Notes: a model not told the origin generated them from the sequence alone. Shown: positions 21,140 to 36,293, counted from the whole stretch's first letter. The stretch: DNA of 63,156 nucleotides, filler included, from Trypethelium eluteriae (GCA_051942245.1; 3 parts of 3 records of this genome joined end to end with filler, not necessarily neighbours in it), one strand, 5' to 3'. Numbers and translations are program-made.

Positions 21140-22944
21140 GAGGAAGGTTGGGTTGCCTTCGGAGAAGCCGTGGGAGGGGAGGTCCTGGCCTTGTGGAGGT
21201 TCGAAGCGGAAGGCTGTGCCGGAGGGTGTCTCGAGGGTGTCGGTGAGTGGGTTGAAGGTGGTACGGCCGGCGTAGGAAAAGGCAGTCACGAGTTCAGGAG
21301 AGGCAAGGAAGTTCATGGTGGAAGGGTTGCCATCGTTTCGACCGCGGAAATTACGGTTATAGCTGCTGAAGATGGCGTTCGTCGTGCCTTTTGCAGGTCC
21401 ATCGACACGATTCCACTGTCCAATGCATGGGCCGCAAGCATTGGCCAAGACAGTGCCACCGGCAGAAGTAAAGGTGTCAAGTGTTTTCGAAGATTCAAGA
21501 GTTGCACGAATTTGTTCGCTTCCAGGTGTGATATAAAAATTTGCCTTGGGTTGGAGACCAGCCGCAGAAGCTTGCTTGACCAGGTTCTCAGCTCGTGTCA
21601 TATCTTGGTAGGAACTATTCGTGCAACTGCCGATCAGTCCTGCATCAAATGTCTCAGGCCAGCTGTTCGTTTTAACGACATCCGGAAAGCTAGAGATAGG
21701 AGTGGATAGATCGGGAGTAAATGGGCCATTGATGTGCGGTTCAAGGGCCGAGAGATCAAGTGTAATAACCCTATCGTACTCTGCTCCATTATCAGCTTTC
21801 AGGAGGTTACGACGATCCGGAGAGTCAGCGATAGCTGTAGCTTCCATAGCAATTGCATCGCGGTGAGTAGCTTCAAGGTAAGGAATATGGCCAGATGAGA
21901 AGGGAAATAGAGAAGTTGTAGCGCCAACTTCAGCTCCCATATTGCAGACCGTGGCCATGCCAGTACAGCTCAATGATTCCACGCCAGGCCCAAAATATTC
22001 GATGATATAGCCTGTCCCCCCCTGGATATTGTCAGTCTCTTGACTAAGTTCCATCACGACCACTTACTTACCCTCACAGTAAGCTGCCCAGCGAGGTTCA
22101 GAATGATATCTTTCGGACTCGCCCATCCGCTCAATTTCCCTTCAAGCCGCACCCCAAGCATTTTCGGGGCTTTGAGTTCCCACGGTGCATCGACCAACGC
22201 ATCCACCGCATCTGCTCCACCCACTCCAATTGCGATTGCGCCCAATCCTCCGGCATTCGGTGTGTGGCTATCGGTTCCCAGCATCATAAGACCTGGCGCG
22301 GAATAGTTTTCAAGTACAGTTTGGTGTATGATGCCCGCGCCAGGTGGCCAGAATTCAATTCCATATTTCTTCGCTGCTGATTCTAGAAAGTCAAACACCT
22401 CTTTATTCCCTTGAATCGATTGAGGTAAGTCTATATCTGCTCCCCTCTCCCCCACAATCATGTGATCGCAGTGTATGCTGGCAGGCACAGCTGTGGAAGG
22501 TAGACCGCAGGACATGAACTGGAGTAAGGCCATTTGCGCTGAGGCATCTTGCATAGCAACCCGATCGGGTTTAAGCTTGAGATTTGCAACGCCGCGAATA
22601 GATGCGCCATTACGCGTGTCGGTGAGGAGGGATTCTTCGGGGTTGTCGAGGTGTGAGTAGAGGATCTTCTCGCCGAGTGTTAACGCGCGGGATGGGCTGA
22701 GGATACGGCGGACCTCTTGTAGATTCCGAAGCAATTTGGGATATGGCGGTATTCTGGAAGAGACCTCGGGGGAAAAGGATGCAGGAGGGCCGTTCACAGT
22801 GGCTAGACATCTTCGTCGTTGTCGTAGCGAACGGAGCGATGATCGAAGGGCCTATGGAAACTAAGCGTCGTGGTATTTGAAGAAGATTTCTGTAATTACC
22901 CGATTAGAAAAGAGCTGAGACTTATCATATGGTAAGCGCCCCAT
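21140..22944 (-). CDS. ACO2: Mitochondrial aconitase-family protein (Aco2/AcoB type), 3' end truncated by gap
   Basis: [66 protein letters not shown]. Inferred first exon [15 protein letters not shown] at 22944. Confidence 0.9.
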
Positions 22945-23380
22945 TGCGAGGGAGGTGAGGGCTGCAATGAATGCTCAATTGACGATCGCAAGCAGAACTT
23001 TGGATAACGTGGTAAATTATGAGTTTCTCCCAAAAATTATCGGAGGAGCGCCGCTCGGTTGGGTGAAAGCCAACACAGAATACAAATTTCACACGCTCAC
23101 AGGGAGTTGAAGCATAACTGAAGTCCGAAATTCTCATTATCAGAACAATAGATTAGATCACACATGGACACAGAAGCTATGCGCTACCATACACCCCTTG
23201 GTGTGATGTCCACCAGTTCCAATGAAATAGTAAAGCGTTCAGCCAAAAAGCAACCATCTCCAATGCAACCATTCGAAGTAGCCCAAGTCTATAAGAAACG
23301 AAGTCCTCTCCAGCACGCTGCTCATACCTCCAACCATCATAGTCCGACCTCCAAAACAGCAAGTATTATTGTGCCTTCCT

Positions 23381-24048
23381 CTACAGTGCAAGGGCAAAGC
23401 CAAGAGCCGCAACGGCCACACCAGCAAAGCTGCTGATTTCGAGACTGCTGGCGGCACCAGTCGAAGAGGCAACACCTCCAGAGGAGGTAGCCGATGCAGA
23501 GCCGGAGCGACCGCCGCTAGAGGCATTGGGAGCAGAAGGTTGGGCGGGTGCAATAGGGACGGTTGAGTTTGAGGCGGATTGGATAGGGAAGCCAGATGCT
23601 CCGGCACCAGCACCTGTGGTTGTCTTAACCTGAGTCTTGGTGCAAGAACACGCCGGGTCAGAAAAGGTGGTCGTGTAGACAATGGTGCCGCCCGAGCTAC
23701 CAGTGCCCGAAGCGCCCAAAGAGCTGGTGGTAGAGGTCGAGTTGCCGCCGTCAGTTGGGTCTACGCCTGGGCAGACCTTCTTGAAAGCCGACATGGCGTC
23801 GTCGATGTTGGAGCCGCAGCCACTGGTGATAGCACTCTTGACAGCACCGGCGTTCTTACCGCAGATGGACTTCAGATCGGCCGAGTTTGGTTGGGTGCTA
23901 ATTCAACGACATTAGTTTCATGTTCGTTGTCCAACATGAGAACATTGCCTTACTTAATGGCATCGAGTAGGCAGGAGGGAGGGACAGCAAATGCGACTTG
24001 GGCCGAAGCGGCGAATAGGGCGAAGACGAGAGATGCCTTAGCGAACAT
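23381..24048 (-). CDS. GPI-anchored Ser/Thr-rich cell wall protein with Cys-containing N-terminal domain
   Basis: MFAKASLVFALFAASAQVAFAVPPSCLLDAIN|TQPNSADLKSICG...; S/T/G-rich stalk; hydrophobic C-terminal GPI signal; one intron. Confidence 0.85.
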
Positions 24049-24497
24049 TGTGAAAGAATTAGGCGTAATAGTAAGAATAATAGACGCTGAAAGAGCTTGA
24101 GCAAAAAGCGTGGTCGTAAAGACTGTAGATGGATTGGACGTGTAGATCTCAAATGAGTGACAGGCTTAAAGGTAGCCGAGTGATGTAAAGAGCGTGTTGG
24201 ACGAAGATGTTGTAGGGACAGGCTGTTTGAAGAGTTCAGGAGTCGGAGGAATGCAGAAGTGTTGACAGGAAGGGCTTAGCGTGTTTCACGCGTTCTAGCT
24301 CAATCCGGGCGCGTTCCTGAAGATCTTCGGGGTCCCTCTTTTGAAACCCCCAGTGCCCCCATTGAACCTTTCAACACGCGCGACGTGATCAACATTGGAA
24401 ACGTTTCTGCGCACAATGGTTCAAAGATGTTCCGAAACAAGAAACAAACAAACATCTGTTCCGCCTGTAGAGGCTGCTAGGCTTGCTCGACATTACC

Positions 24498-25735
24498 TCA
24501 ACTTTTTACGGCTTTTTGGGCCATTTGCAATGCTCCATCAAATGTTTTGTTGCCCCCAATAAAACCCGAAGCATGCACAAAAACGCAACCTGGGACGCCT
24601 GAGATTTTATCCAGTTCCTCATCTCTGACCCCTTTCCACGCGTCAGGTAAATCCTTTCTGTTCGTGAAACCAGCATTCTCAACTGAGACAGCTCGTATTC
24701 TCCACTTTGAATCTGCTTCCTGGCTCTCTGGAAAGAGTACGTATAAGACCTGGTTCTGGTCGGGCTCTCCACTGGCCTTCTCGAGTTGATACAGATGATC
24801 AGCCCACGGCATGCCTTCTGATAGAACCATGATTCGTCCCTGTTCATCATATTTTTTCCTCTCCACGAAAGATTGCTCTACTGATTTTCTTGCAGGTAAC
24901 CATGCTTTCCATTTATCCTGAAGCTCCTCAAAAAATTGCTCCCCGACAAACGTGGAGGCCTTAAGGAAGCGTTGATCTTCCTCAAGTTGAAGCTGTTCTG
25001 GGCTCTTACCGGCATCGTCCTCGTAGTGTCGATTGTATCTGTTCACGACAGAAGCCAGGCTATATCCGCTATCGTCAAACCGCTTTTCGATGCCAGATTT
25101 TGTAAGCCGAGCTGTGTCGTATTGTGAGATGCCATTGTCGTTTGCATCAAATGCTTCGACAAAGCAATCGTAAAGCTTATTGTAAAGAACATCTGCATCC
25201 TCGCTGTCCTTTGGCAGGCCAGTCACTTGAGCAATGATATCTCTGCCAAAATGCATGTATACCAAGCCAGCACTTGAGAGCTTTGTCTCATGTCCAGGAA
25301 ACGTGGTATTGAATTCACGTTGGTGATGGTCAAACAAGTTGGCATTGGCGCTGTACTTCCCGTGCACATCGACAACAGTGTGACATTGGTCAAGTTTAGA
25401 AGGATCGCGCGTGCGGACAAGAGTACTGTCTCGGTAGGCGGGAAGCATGCGAAGAAGATACACCGCTAAAGCCTCATCGGCATGAAAATGTCCACTGGAG
25501 GCGGTTGAGCAAAACCCGAGATCATGAGCACAAGGACAGCTTACTTGTGCGTCCCAATCAAGGGAGCAGACATTTTCTGCCGTTTAGCTAGTGACTCAGC
25601 CGTAGTGAGAACGTAACGAGAGCGACCGTGCTGTACGAGTACAGAACCTTTAGAAAGTGGGAAAGACTTGGATATGCCTGGATCTTTTGCGAGCAGTATC
25701 AAAGTACTATGAGCTGCTATCGATATATGACGCAT
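24498..25735 (-). CDS. MYG1: MYG1-family exonuclease (UPF0160); start uncertain (25735 or 25573)
   Basis: IGTHN|GHFHADEALAV, FDHHQR, KLSSAGLVY, FVHASGFIGGNKT. Confidence 0.93.
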
Positions 25736-26558
25736 ACATAAACTCCATCCAGCTCTACTGCGTAGTGGTAGAGTTAATTGCTCGCGGTAGTACGCAATTT
25801 ACTCGGTGATGGATAGAGCAATGCAGTGATTGCCCTCTTTTCATCATGCACCTCACTGGTTGTGAGAAGCTTGAACTGGGGTATGGAGTTCTATGGAGAA
25901 GGTGCGCAATTTGTTGCAACGGGTTCGGCGCGAAGTGCCCCGTAGAAATCTCCGCTCCGCCTGCCTGCCAAGCCCTCAAGCTGGCTTTTCCAAGGTATGG
26001 GAGATTGGCAATACGCACCTTTTTTTTTCGCCGGCCGTTCACTGATCATCGACAATAACCTCAAAGCCTCGAAGCCGTCATCTTCCACGCTAAGACAGGT
26101 TCTCATGCGACGACGCGGCTGTTTGCACCAACCAGCCAACTTTAACTCCGACTGCAGGTCTAGGGCCTCGATCCCCGCGAGAGCACGCGACAGGGCCGAC
26201 TTGTTGAAAGCCCACCGCTCTTCCCACGAGGTCGACTGAAGTCCGCTTAAAAGCCAAGTTTGGCTCTATCGACGACATCCAGCCTTCAGTTTCTGAAGTC
26301 TTGGTTTGGAAAATCTCTCCTGTGGCCGTCCATTCGAATACTCCTTTCAACTTTCGAGCACATGCAAGACAAAGATAGCAGGGTCTGCCCTTGATCAGTC
26401 CTGGCGTACAAAGCCTCAACGCACGTCTTGCCACTGGACTACGGGAGTACTTCTATGCTCTGTGGGCGCAGCTCCAGTGCATTTTGCTGCCCACTGGAGA
26501 TCTCGAAACGCCACCCAATGCGTTAGGCGCGCTTTGAACGCGTGCAAGTCCCGCGCGA

Positions 26559-27971
26559 ATGTGGATCTTCCGAGTCTTGGCAGCTATTTTGTTCTTATTC
26601 TACATTGTCTTCACGATACCCTTGGCATTCGACGTAGGCGGAAGAGAGTGCGGCCTTGCTTTTTCGCTCTCACTGGCTATATTCTATTTCCTTTTCTCTG
26701 TCCTGCGGCTGGCAACCCCTTCTACCTCTCGATTCCGATACGCCCTCCTCAAGCTTGTTGGCTGGTCGCAATGGTTCGTGATACCTGCTTTGATGATATG
26801 GAGCTTGAACAAATTCTCTGTCGATTCTGAAAACAGCAACGGCTGGGTTGAGCGGACGTTCAACTACAAAAGAGCTGGAAATAAGTCAATAAGCGAATGG
26901 CTTTTTGGGAGGAATGGCTTTGTTGAGAGCATTCTGGTTGGCTCATGGGATATATTACTGCGGTACTCGACCCCTCTATTCCAGCTTGGAGAGGGATTCT
27001 GCAGTCTCCTAGTGATTCAAGCTGCTGGACAGATAACACGATGGCTTGTTAACGGGGAAAGAGGTGACACATGGATGGTATGTACTTTGGTCCATTAGTA
27101 ATGTTATGCGGCTTATCGGTTCTCAGATCGGCCTCCTGATGATGGCCGCCTCGATAATTTCGAGTTCCGTGTACTTCCTTTGGCGAGTTACTACCTTTCC
27201 AGATATTGGAAACGTCGACGCCATCCTCATTGGTGCTGCGATAACCTGCGTCATTTTTCTTGGGGCCTGGGGAATTGGTAGTGGTAGAGGGAATCCGGTG
27301 GAAAGCTCGTTGCTCGTACGTACCCCTCTGTTATCTGACAAATTACAACTGACGACTTCTAGTTTGCCTATATCACTCTTTGCATCTACCAAATCTTCAC
27401 CGATTACCAGCCAAACGTGGCATCGCAGGCCGCCGAGAATACCCCTACACAGCCAGACTTCCCACCATTGCCTCCAATCATCATGGCGTCATATTCGACG
27501 ATCATGCACGCTCTATCTACATTACCATCCACTGTCCACTCGGCTTTCAACTTCTTCATTGCGGCAGTCATGACTGTCACGCCTTCCGTTATTATTTCAC
27601 TGGCTTATCGGGTTTTCGTCATGTACGCTAGTGCTCGCATCATCCCGGTAGTCCGTGAGTCTGGCGCTAGAGCCTTGTCCCAAGAACCTTCGCTGGAGGA
27701 CAGTGATGGTCTTGGCCAAATTCTAGGATTGCTCAGCTACTTCAGTCCCAGTATACTTATCGCCGTGTACACTAGTCTTCTCATGCAGCATTTCGCGTCT
27801 GCAAGTGCTGATGGTCCAGGCGAATGGTGGACCAGCCAAGGTGGAGATGCCGGTGGCAACATCTGGAGGTGGGCTAATCTGGCAGGTACCATGGCCCTCT
27901 ATACCGTGGAGCTCTATCTAGGGAAAGGCGACGACGATAGTAGCTTGACTAGCCACTGGAAAATGGACTGA
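26559..27971 (+). CDS. ICE2: ER membrane protein Ice2, spliced
   Basis: TIPLAFDVGGRECGLAFSLSL, QLGEGFCSLLVIQA, GIGSGRGNPVESSLL, SPSILIAVYT; multi-TM. Confidence 0.92.
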
Positions 27972-29512
27972 ATCTTTGATGCGCTCATCAACGTTAAGAA
28001 AGTCATTTAGGCCTGTTGCAGTCAGAAGCTAGTCCAACACGCCCCTCCAGAAGCACCCAGGAGCACCATCAGGTACTCTGCTAGCATCCAGAAAGCCAGG
28101 CGCTAAAAGGTATACGCAGGACACTAATCTTGGAAATGGTCTTTGCAAATTCTTATCAAGATGATTATACGGATCGCAGATATCTAGCAACATCAAATAC
28201 TCGCCACATCTACATTGGTGGCTTGAAACTCGTCCTTACTGGACCATCAGTCAGGACACTTCCAGAATTGCTTCCGAGGATCGCTTTCGAGTTGAGAGTA
28301 GAGCTGGGAATTACAACAAGCAGTCATCCTCGTAGGTCAGGAAAGGACATTATTCATGTAATATAATGAGTAGATGGTTTACGAGCAACGCTAGATCGTG
28401 TTCAAATAGTCAAAGAGTTAGCTTGTATTCCGCTTACGCCATCTTCTAATGTCTGCCTTGTTAAATCATCATTGAGCCTAACGAGCGTGCCTGCCATTGC
28501 TCTCTGCATGGTTGCTCCAATGAATGGGGAGTTTTACTCATGTGTTATCTGTCGTATTTGTCGAACGAGGCGAACAATGCGAAGAGGGCTAGATGTTCTT
28601 CTTATTCCATGGCAGATTCGTTTTGTCGGCTGCGAATAGCTGAGCGCTGGCCGTTTTCGAATAGCCGGAAGCAAGAGTCAATGAATAGGGCTACGTTATC
28701 TGATGCATTCGCGCTACCTGCAATGCGGTCGGGCTTACGTCTGATTGTTCGTACAGTACCATTCAGTAAAGTGAGCAATCATGCTCACCATCTCCGTAGC
28801 ATTCACCTACTCTGACGCCGGTATACATGTTCCTAATCACTGCGCAGAATCTTCATCTGAGGTTGACGAATATAGCATGAACGTAGATATGGAGTCTACA
28901 TCTACGTTAACAAGTGTTTAGCCAGCCTCGTAGAAATCTTGCTTACCGAGTGTGTATCACTGGGCTTCTTTCGATCTTACACAACAGTTTCAAGTCATAC
29001 AAGAGCTATCCAAGACTGACATATGGGCAAGACAAAAGAAACGGGAAAGCTGTTAATGAGGGCATTTCATTGCGAACATTTGAAGGGCAGCGATCATACC
29101 TTACCTAAAAAGGAAAACTGTTTTTTGTTTTAGACTCAAACAGAATTCCCGAATCAACAAATTTTTCTCTCCACACTCCAAGCGAAAAACCTAGCACCGA
29201 CCGCTGGTGGGTGTCCCATTATCCTTCTGCAATTTCAGGTCTAATTATTATCAGGTCCGTGTCTGCTATTGTGTATATTTCTGATGATCTAAACTCTACA
29301 ATTTGGGACGCGTTCAAGGCACGACGCGAGGGGCATGGGGCGGTGAGATTCTGCAGGACATGTGCTCCTGACGTCATTTGATGGATCACAGACAACAACG
29401 GGAAATAAGGTAGGTGAATTTTAGCGCTCTCGATGTCTACAAGGGCTCTCTTCTTTATATAGATCTCTCGTGCTTCTCATAGGTCTCAATTCCGTCCCAT
29501 ACCTTTCCGAAA

Positions 29513-30718
29513 ATGGCTCCCACACATGCTCTTAGAGCCTCAGAGCTCTTTTCAGTCAAGGATTATGTGTGTGTCATTACTGGTGGTGGATCAGGTACGC
29601 TGATGAACATCTATTGCAAATGGACTCATAGGCTAAAGCGCCAAGGTATCGGACTGATGGCTGCACAATGCCTGGCTGCCAACGGTGAGTTTTCTGGATG
29701 ACGAAATTTCGAGGAAAGTGGCTAAAGAACGACCAGGTGCCAAAGTATACATACTCGGGCGACGTCAGTGGAATCGGTATTTTGCGCACACAAAAATAGG
29801 CTGATGTCATAGTAGGACGAGAAGCTTTAGAAACAGCAGCGAAGTCCCATAATCCAGAAGGAGGCGGTGAAATAATACCGTATGCTCTCCATTAGTTATG
29901 GCCTCATTAAGCTGGTCTAACTGGGGACTAGGCTTGGACCTTGCGATGTCACGAACAAGGATGATCTCGAGAAAGTGGAAGCAGAGGTTTCGAAGCGCGA
30001 AAAGCACATCAATCTCCTCGGTATGACCCTCAAACGTCAATAGGAGGGTTCACATTCTTATCGGCTGGAAAGTCTGCGCAGCAGGCATCCAAGGCACGAA
30101 GGCGGAACCCAACGAAGAACACGCCCCAAGTCTCAAGGAAAAGCTATGGAATCAAGAATCGCCAGACGTCTGGAACCAGAATTACAATACCAACGTCACG
30201 TCCGTGTATTTCACCACCGTCGCCTTCCTCCCCCTTCTTCAAGCCGGCTCTGAGACCCATGGCCATCTGTCTGCCTCCGTTATCGTCATAAGTAGTATGA
30301 GCGGTATTATGCGTCATGCTCAGGGACACTTCAGCTACAACTCTGCAAAGGGCGCCACTGTCCAGTTGAGCCGACTAATGAGTGCGGAGTTTCAGAAGGT
30401 ACGGGTGAGGGTAAACAGTATTGCGCCTGGGTACTTTCCGAGCGAAATGACTGCGAAAGAGTCAGGACCGGATCAGAAGAGCGAGTTGCCTCCGGAGAAA
30501 GTAATGTCAAAGGGACATGATGTGCCGGCCCAGAGAGCTGGCAGTGATGAGGAAATGGCTCAGGCTGTAGTAAGTAAAATGCGCCTGTCCTGACGTGTGA
30601 AGAAGATGATGCGATGCTCACTAGTATGTTATAGCTATTCCTTACGAAGAACGCATACGTGAACGGCGAGGTTATAGCTGTTGATGGCGGGGTGCTGAAC
30701 GTGGTAGCGGGACGATGA
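29513..30718 (+). CDS. Short-chain dehydrogenase/reductase, multi-exon
   Basis: VITGGGSG|IG, ANGAKVYILGRR, YNSAK, VNSIAPGYFPSEMT, YVNGEVIAVDGG. Confidence 0.9.
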
Positions 30719-31491
30719 TCTGGGATTCGAATTTTACCGATCCCTACCTGCGAAAGGAAATGCAGTCATTGAAGGACGTACGAACTATTAAGGCGCGAAA
30801 GTCCCAAGACTTCGCACGGGTACCCGGAGCTCCCCAGTGATGGTCCTAGTGCTGCACGACAGCTTCTGGCCAATGGGCCTATAGAATTTAGACTGGCATA
30901 CTCATTAGAATAGCATAATCATGAAATGGTGAATACATAGAATCTTTGTAGCAGTACCGCTCACAGGAACCGTCCCCTCTGTTATTTGCCCTCAGCTCAG
31001 AGACGCGATTTGTTTTGGTGGGGTCGGGCATATGAGCTCAAAGTCCGAAGCCGAAGACAGGTTCACGACTGCTCTACTCCGTATGTACTCGAGACGCATG
31101 ATCCACGCCGAGTACCCCTCGAACAACTGAAACACACCCCACCCTCTTGTGGTTGCAACGGCTGAAAAGCGGCCCAGAAGCACTAATGGGCTCTGCGAGC
31201 TCCTGATTTAGCAGCTTGACCTCGACAATCCTTCCGGGTCATCACCAATGCATGGTGCCTCTGTTGTCGCGTGCGTACCCGTAACGTTTCTCACGACTGC
31301 CGTTCCGCGGCACTCTGGCCCCTCAAAGCCTGCCGGAGGATCTTCCAGAGCCATTCAGATCCCTTCCACCTCGATCAGCTCTGCTATGAAGTGTGGGAGG
31401 GGTAAACGTCGTCCCTCCATCGCGCCGACGGCTTGAGACGACCGCTACGCAACCTTGTCTCTCACAAACCCTCCTGCGCTCTCCCACGGCA

Positions 31492-34400
31492 ATGGTGACT
31501 CAAGGTGCTGACAAGAAAGCAAATGGAGGGGGAACAGGACACAGAATACCGGCTTCGTCCAGAACTGGGAAAGATGGAGGTCGAGAACCGAGACCGAGCA
31601 AGGACGGAGCTGCACAACGGGCGGCACAAGACCTCGAAGGGTTAAAAGATTACCAGTTGGGCGATTGCCTGGGCAAAGGAGCATTTGGATCTGTCTATAG
31701 AGCACTGAATTGGAACACGGGGGAAACGGTGGCCGTCAAGCAAGTCAGGCTCGCAGACCTGCCCAAAGCTGAGCTCAGAGTCATTATGCTGGAGATTGAT
31801 CTGCTCAAGAACCTGAACCACTCCAACATTGTGAAGTACCATGGATCTGTCAAGTCCGCGGAGTCACTCTATATCATCCTCGAATACTGCGAGAACGGAT
31901 CACTGCACAGCATTTGCAAAAACTTTGGGAAATTTCCAGAAAATCTGGTTGCTCTGTATATGTCCCAGGTCCTCCATGGTCTTCTATATCTCCACGAGCA
32001 AGGTGTGATCCATCGGGATATCAAAGGAGCGAATATCCTCACTACAAAAGAAGGGTTGGTCAAGCTTGCAGATTTTGGCGTTGCCACACGAACGACGGGA
32101 TTACACGAGGCCAGTGTGGTGGGTACACCCTACTGGATGGCACCAGAAGTCATTGAGCTCTCTGGAGCAACAACCGCGTCTGATATCTGGAGCTTGGGCT
32201 GCACTGTCATTGAGCTTTTGGAAGGAAAGCCGCCCTATCACCAGCTGCAACCGATGCCGGCTTTGTTTCGTATTGTCAATGATGACCATCCTCCCCTGCC
32301 AGATGGAGCATCGCCCGCCGTTAGAGACTTCTTAATGCAGTGTTTTCAAAAGGATCCCAATCTCCGTGTGTCCGCACGCAAGCTACTCAAACATCCATGG
32401 ATTGCCAGTGCAGGCAAGGCAGAGGTCCCGGTCAAGCCAACTCAATACGACGAGACTGTTAAGGAAGTCAAGCAATGGAACAATAAACTCAAGTCCCCTG
32501 AATCCTCTCAACGGCGGGATCCCCGACCAATCTCGCTCAGCCCTCAGCCTCCGTCCAGAAGTCTTCCTGAGCAATTCAGAACGCCGGCACCAAGTAAACT
32601 GATCGAGTCAAATCCGGCCGCGCAGAAAAGCACAAAAATATACCGGTCGTCAGAAGAGAATGACGATGATATCTGGGACGATGATTTTGATTCGATCCCT
32701 GAAAGTGCGCTACAACTTCCACGGCAGACAAATGACATCTTTGCTGGCGCGCTCTCTTCCGAGAGATTGAAAGCTTTTGCTACGTTCGAGTCTGTCGTCG
32801 AAGAAGACACAACTGAAGACGACGATGACGAAAATCTGACTGTCCGAAGTCCTGTGCAATTAAAACATACAGACATGTTGGAGACAGTGAGACCATCCCC
32901 ATCTCCGAGCAAAGAGATCAGAAGCGCGAAATCCATGAAATCACTATCGTCTGGCAACGAAAAGTTACCGACTTCATCACTGCTTACATCGAAACCGTCA
33001 AGCGCTGCTTTGAAGCCTAGCCAATCCAGACGAAAATTGAGATCTGGCGAAAGTCGTCCGTCTCATGCTTTCCGGGAAGATACCGTGGAAGACTATTCAG
33101 ATCTTCTTGCAAACTCACAGGACGAGACGAATTTTCGGCGAAACATTGATAAGATAAAACGGCAAGAAAATCTCAGCCAAGGAATTCTCCATCCGTCTAG
33201 CATTCAGACTATCGCACATTCTGCACAGCCAAGCAGGAGTAGTAAAACAAGTCGCTCAGGAGACGTGTTGTACGAGAAAGATGATTTGGCAATGAGGCGG
33301 ACAGAGTCAGCTGCAAAGATGCAAGATTTTGCAGAAAACCCCGAAGACGAAGATTTTTCAGACATCATCAAAGATGACATCAGGCTCGCAAAGCTAGATA
33401 AAAGCGATGCCATGACGTGCCAGGGAGTTCTTCCAATGCTACAATCGAAACGCTCAATAAGATCTTTGCTTGAGGACGAAGAAGATGAGGAAGACCCATT
33501 TGCGGAACTGGAAGAAGGCTTCGACAAACTTGACCTCGAATCGAACGTCGCACGTGATAAACATGCCCGTCAGTGCCTTCTGGTTGAGGAACTCGTCGGG
33601 TCTCTCAAAGCCTCCCAACCTGATGAGGTACTGTTTCATATTACGAAGGAGCTCCTCTCAGAGCTTCTAGAGTCGCCTGAGGTCAAATCAGTCATCATAA
33701 GCTCTCATGGCATGCTTCCTATCCTCGAGATACTAGAAAACTGTCCCCATCGTGAGGTCATCCTCAACTTACTACGGATTGTGAATATGATCATACATAA
33801 TAGTGGCGGTCCAGACGCTATCGCAGTTGCGGAGAACATTTGCTTTGTTGGCGGCATCCCAATCGTTTCGAAGTTCGCGCACAAGAAGTACAGCAGTGAT
33901 ATACGACTAGAAGCCGCGGCGTTTGTAGAACAGATGTATCATACGAGCGTACTTACGTTACAGATGTTCATCAGTTGTGGGGGTCTGAATGTGTTGGTGG
34001 AATTTCTGGAAGAGGACTACGACGCTGAGAGGGACTTAGTTCTTGTAGGAGTTAATGGAGTATGGAGCGTCTTCGAGCTTCAGGTAAGAAATCATGAGCA
34101 CAATCATCGAGAGCTGTCGGCTGATGGAATTTAGGGCTCGACGCCAAAGAACGACTTCTGTCGTATCTTCTCGAGAAGCTCGGTATTGTATCCACTGTCG
34201 CTTGTGCTGAACAGGGTTCTTGATGAAAAAGGCGAGCAAGCAACCCAGATCGAGGGGCGAATCGTCAACATCTTCCTGCTTTTTTCGCAAGCAGAAAACT
34301 ATGTGAAGGAAATTGTAGCGGATCGAATGGTCCTAAAACGTAGGTGGATTGGCAAAGTAATTCTATCGAAGCTCTTGCTAAATCGCAAACCAGGCGTGCT

Positions 34401-35811
34401 CAAAGATTTGCCTCGTATGTCGCCGGATCATCAGACTACGATGCTCAAGTTCATCAAAAATCTCTCTATGCTCGCCACTACCTTAGACTCCCTTCAAAAT
34501 TCTAACGCTATTGAAGTCCTCACTGACCTTCTCAAAGCCAGCATGAAGCTCAATCATCCACGGGTCCGCGAGATCTCGAACCAGGTTTTGAATATCATGT
34601 ACAATCTCTGCCGTCTGTCCAAACCGCGGCAAGAAGACGCGGCACTCAACGGCCTCATCCCTCTATTGCAGAAGATTGTCAAGACCGAGTGGCCGCTCAA
34701 GGAATTCGCTCTTCCCATCCTCTGCGACATGGCGCATTCTGGTAAGGTTGGCCGTAAGATCCTTTGGCAGAACAAAGGCCTCCAATTCTACATCGGGCTC
34801 CTAGCCGACAGATACTGGCAAGTCACCGCCCTGGACGCGATCTTCATCTGGCTGCAAGAAGAAACGGCCAAGGTGGAAGAATATCTGATCGAATCTGACT
34901 TCCCCCGCGCCATCATCGAGTGCTTTACCACAACGCACTCCTCCGCCGACGTCTTCGAGAACCTCCTTGAGCCGTTGCAGAAATTGCTGCGTTTGTCGCC
35001 GCCTGTAGCAAGCACACTTGCTCATCCAGAGCTGTTCTCTCGCACCGCTGGGAAATTAGGGACGAAGAAGGCAGTGGTCAGGCTAAACCTGCTGAGGATC
35101 ATTCGGAGTATTTGCGATGCAAGCGAGGAGCAGGGGGTCCTTATCAGGAAATTTGGGCTGCTAGATGCAGTCCAACGCCTTGCGGAAATTGATCCGGCAA
35201 TTCTAGTGAGAGAAATGGCTGGGGATTTATTGAAGAGTAGTGAGGTGGTAGTTGGACGACGGAGTGTGGATGGAGGGAGTAGGAGAAGTATGCTCAGAAG
35301 GAGTAGCAGTAGCCACTTCGGACCCAGCACACCGACGACACTGAGCGTGCCTGGGACACCAAGCAGTTCTATCAGCAGAGCGACCAAGGGTATCGACGGC
35401 TCCTACTTTGATGTGGTCATGGAAACGAGCGCGAGCTCGGTATCAAGGAGTGGAGTTAGGAATGGCACGCCGTACCGCCCTGTCAGTAGAGATGGCAGTT
35501 CCGGGGGAAGCTTGGCGAATGGCTCGTTTGGAACGACATACTGGACCTCGTCGAGTTCGAGGAGTGGCAGTGGAGATAGCACGTCATCAACTGGTGCTTC
35601 CAAGAGCAGATTACCCCGGACAACGACTACGAGACCTAACGGCGGGCGACTAAGTCTGGCGCCCTCGAACTCGACAGCCAACTTTCGTGATAGGAAGGAT
35701 GAGAATTCAACACCAACACACAGCCCATCCAATGTCAATCGGGTGGTAATCAATCAGCGCCGACGACGTCAGACGAGTGCTGGTACTGAAGGCTCAAGAT
35801 TTGCTTCCTAA
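31492..35811 (+). CDS. sepH: Septation initiation network Ser/Thr kinase SepH (Cdc15/S. pombe Cdc7 family)
   Basis: N-terminal STE kinase (LGKGAFGSVY, HRDIKGANIL, DFG, GTPYWMAPE) and C-terminal ARM-like region (KNDFCRIF, ALPILCDMAH); introns ~34084-34134 and ~34340-34393. Confidence 0.93.
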
Positions 35812-36293
35812 ATGATTTTCCGCACGGTCTGGTAGGTAAGGGAGCATCTGGGAGGCCTCACATACATCTCTTTTCCTTTGGTGGATACTTGGGACTCATT
35901 GCCGCGGTAGGCTCGCCACTCTGGCATTTTCTCTTTATTACTCTGGCATGGTAAAATTTGCGGGGTCAGGGGCATCACTAGAGGGCATAGCATGTGTGGA
36001 GTCATGGTGGATTTACTTGTTGGGCGTGTGCCTCAACATGTTTGATACGTATACAGAATCAAGCAATCGTTCTTCGGCTTTGAACTACATTTCGGTCGAC
36101 CAATCCCATCATTGTTCCCTTATATCCTGTATGGAACAAGCCTAAATCCGAACTTGTTTCATGTCTGCTTTGTCTGAAATCTAATCAAGTGCGCGCTCAA
36201 AATAGAATGTAGAATCAGCCCACGGAGTTGTTTAATTGCCTCATTTGAAATAGAGTTGAACCCAGGACGGGAAAGAGAGATATCACGTGAGAG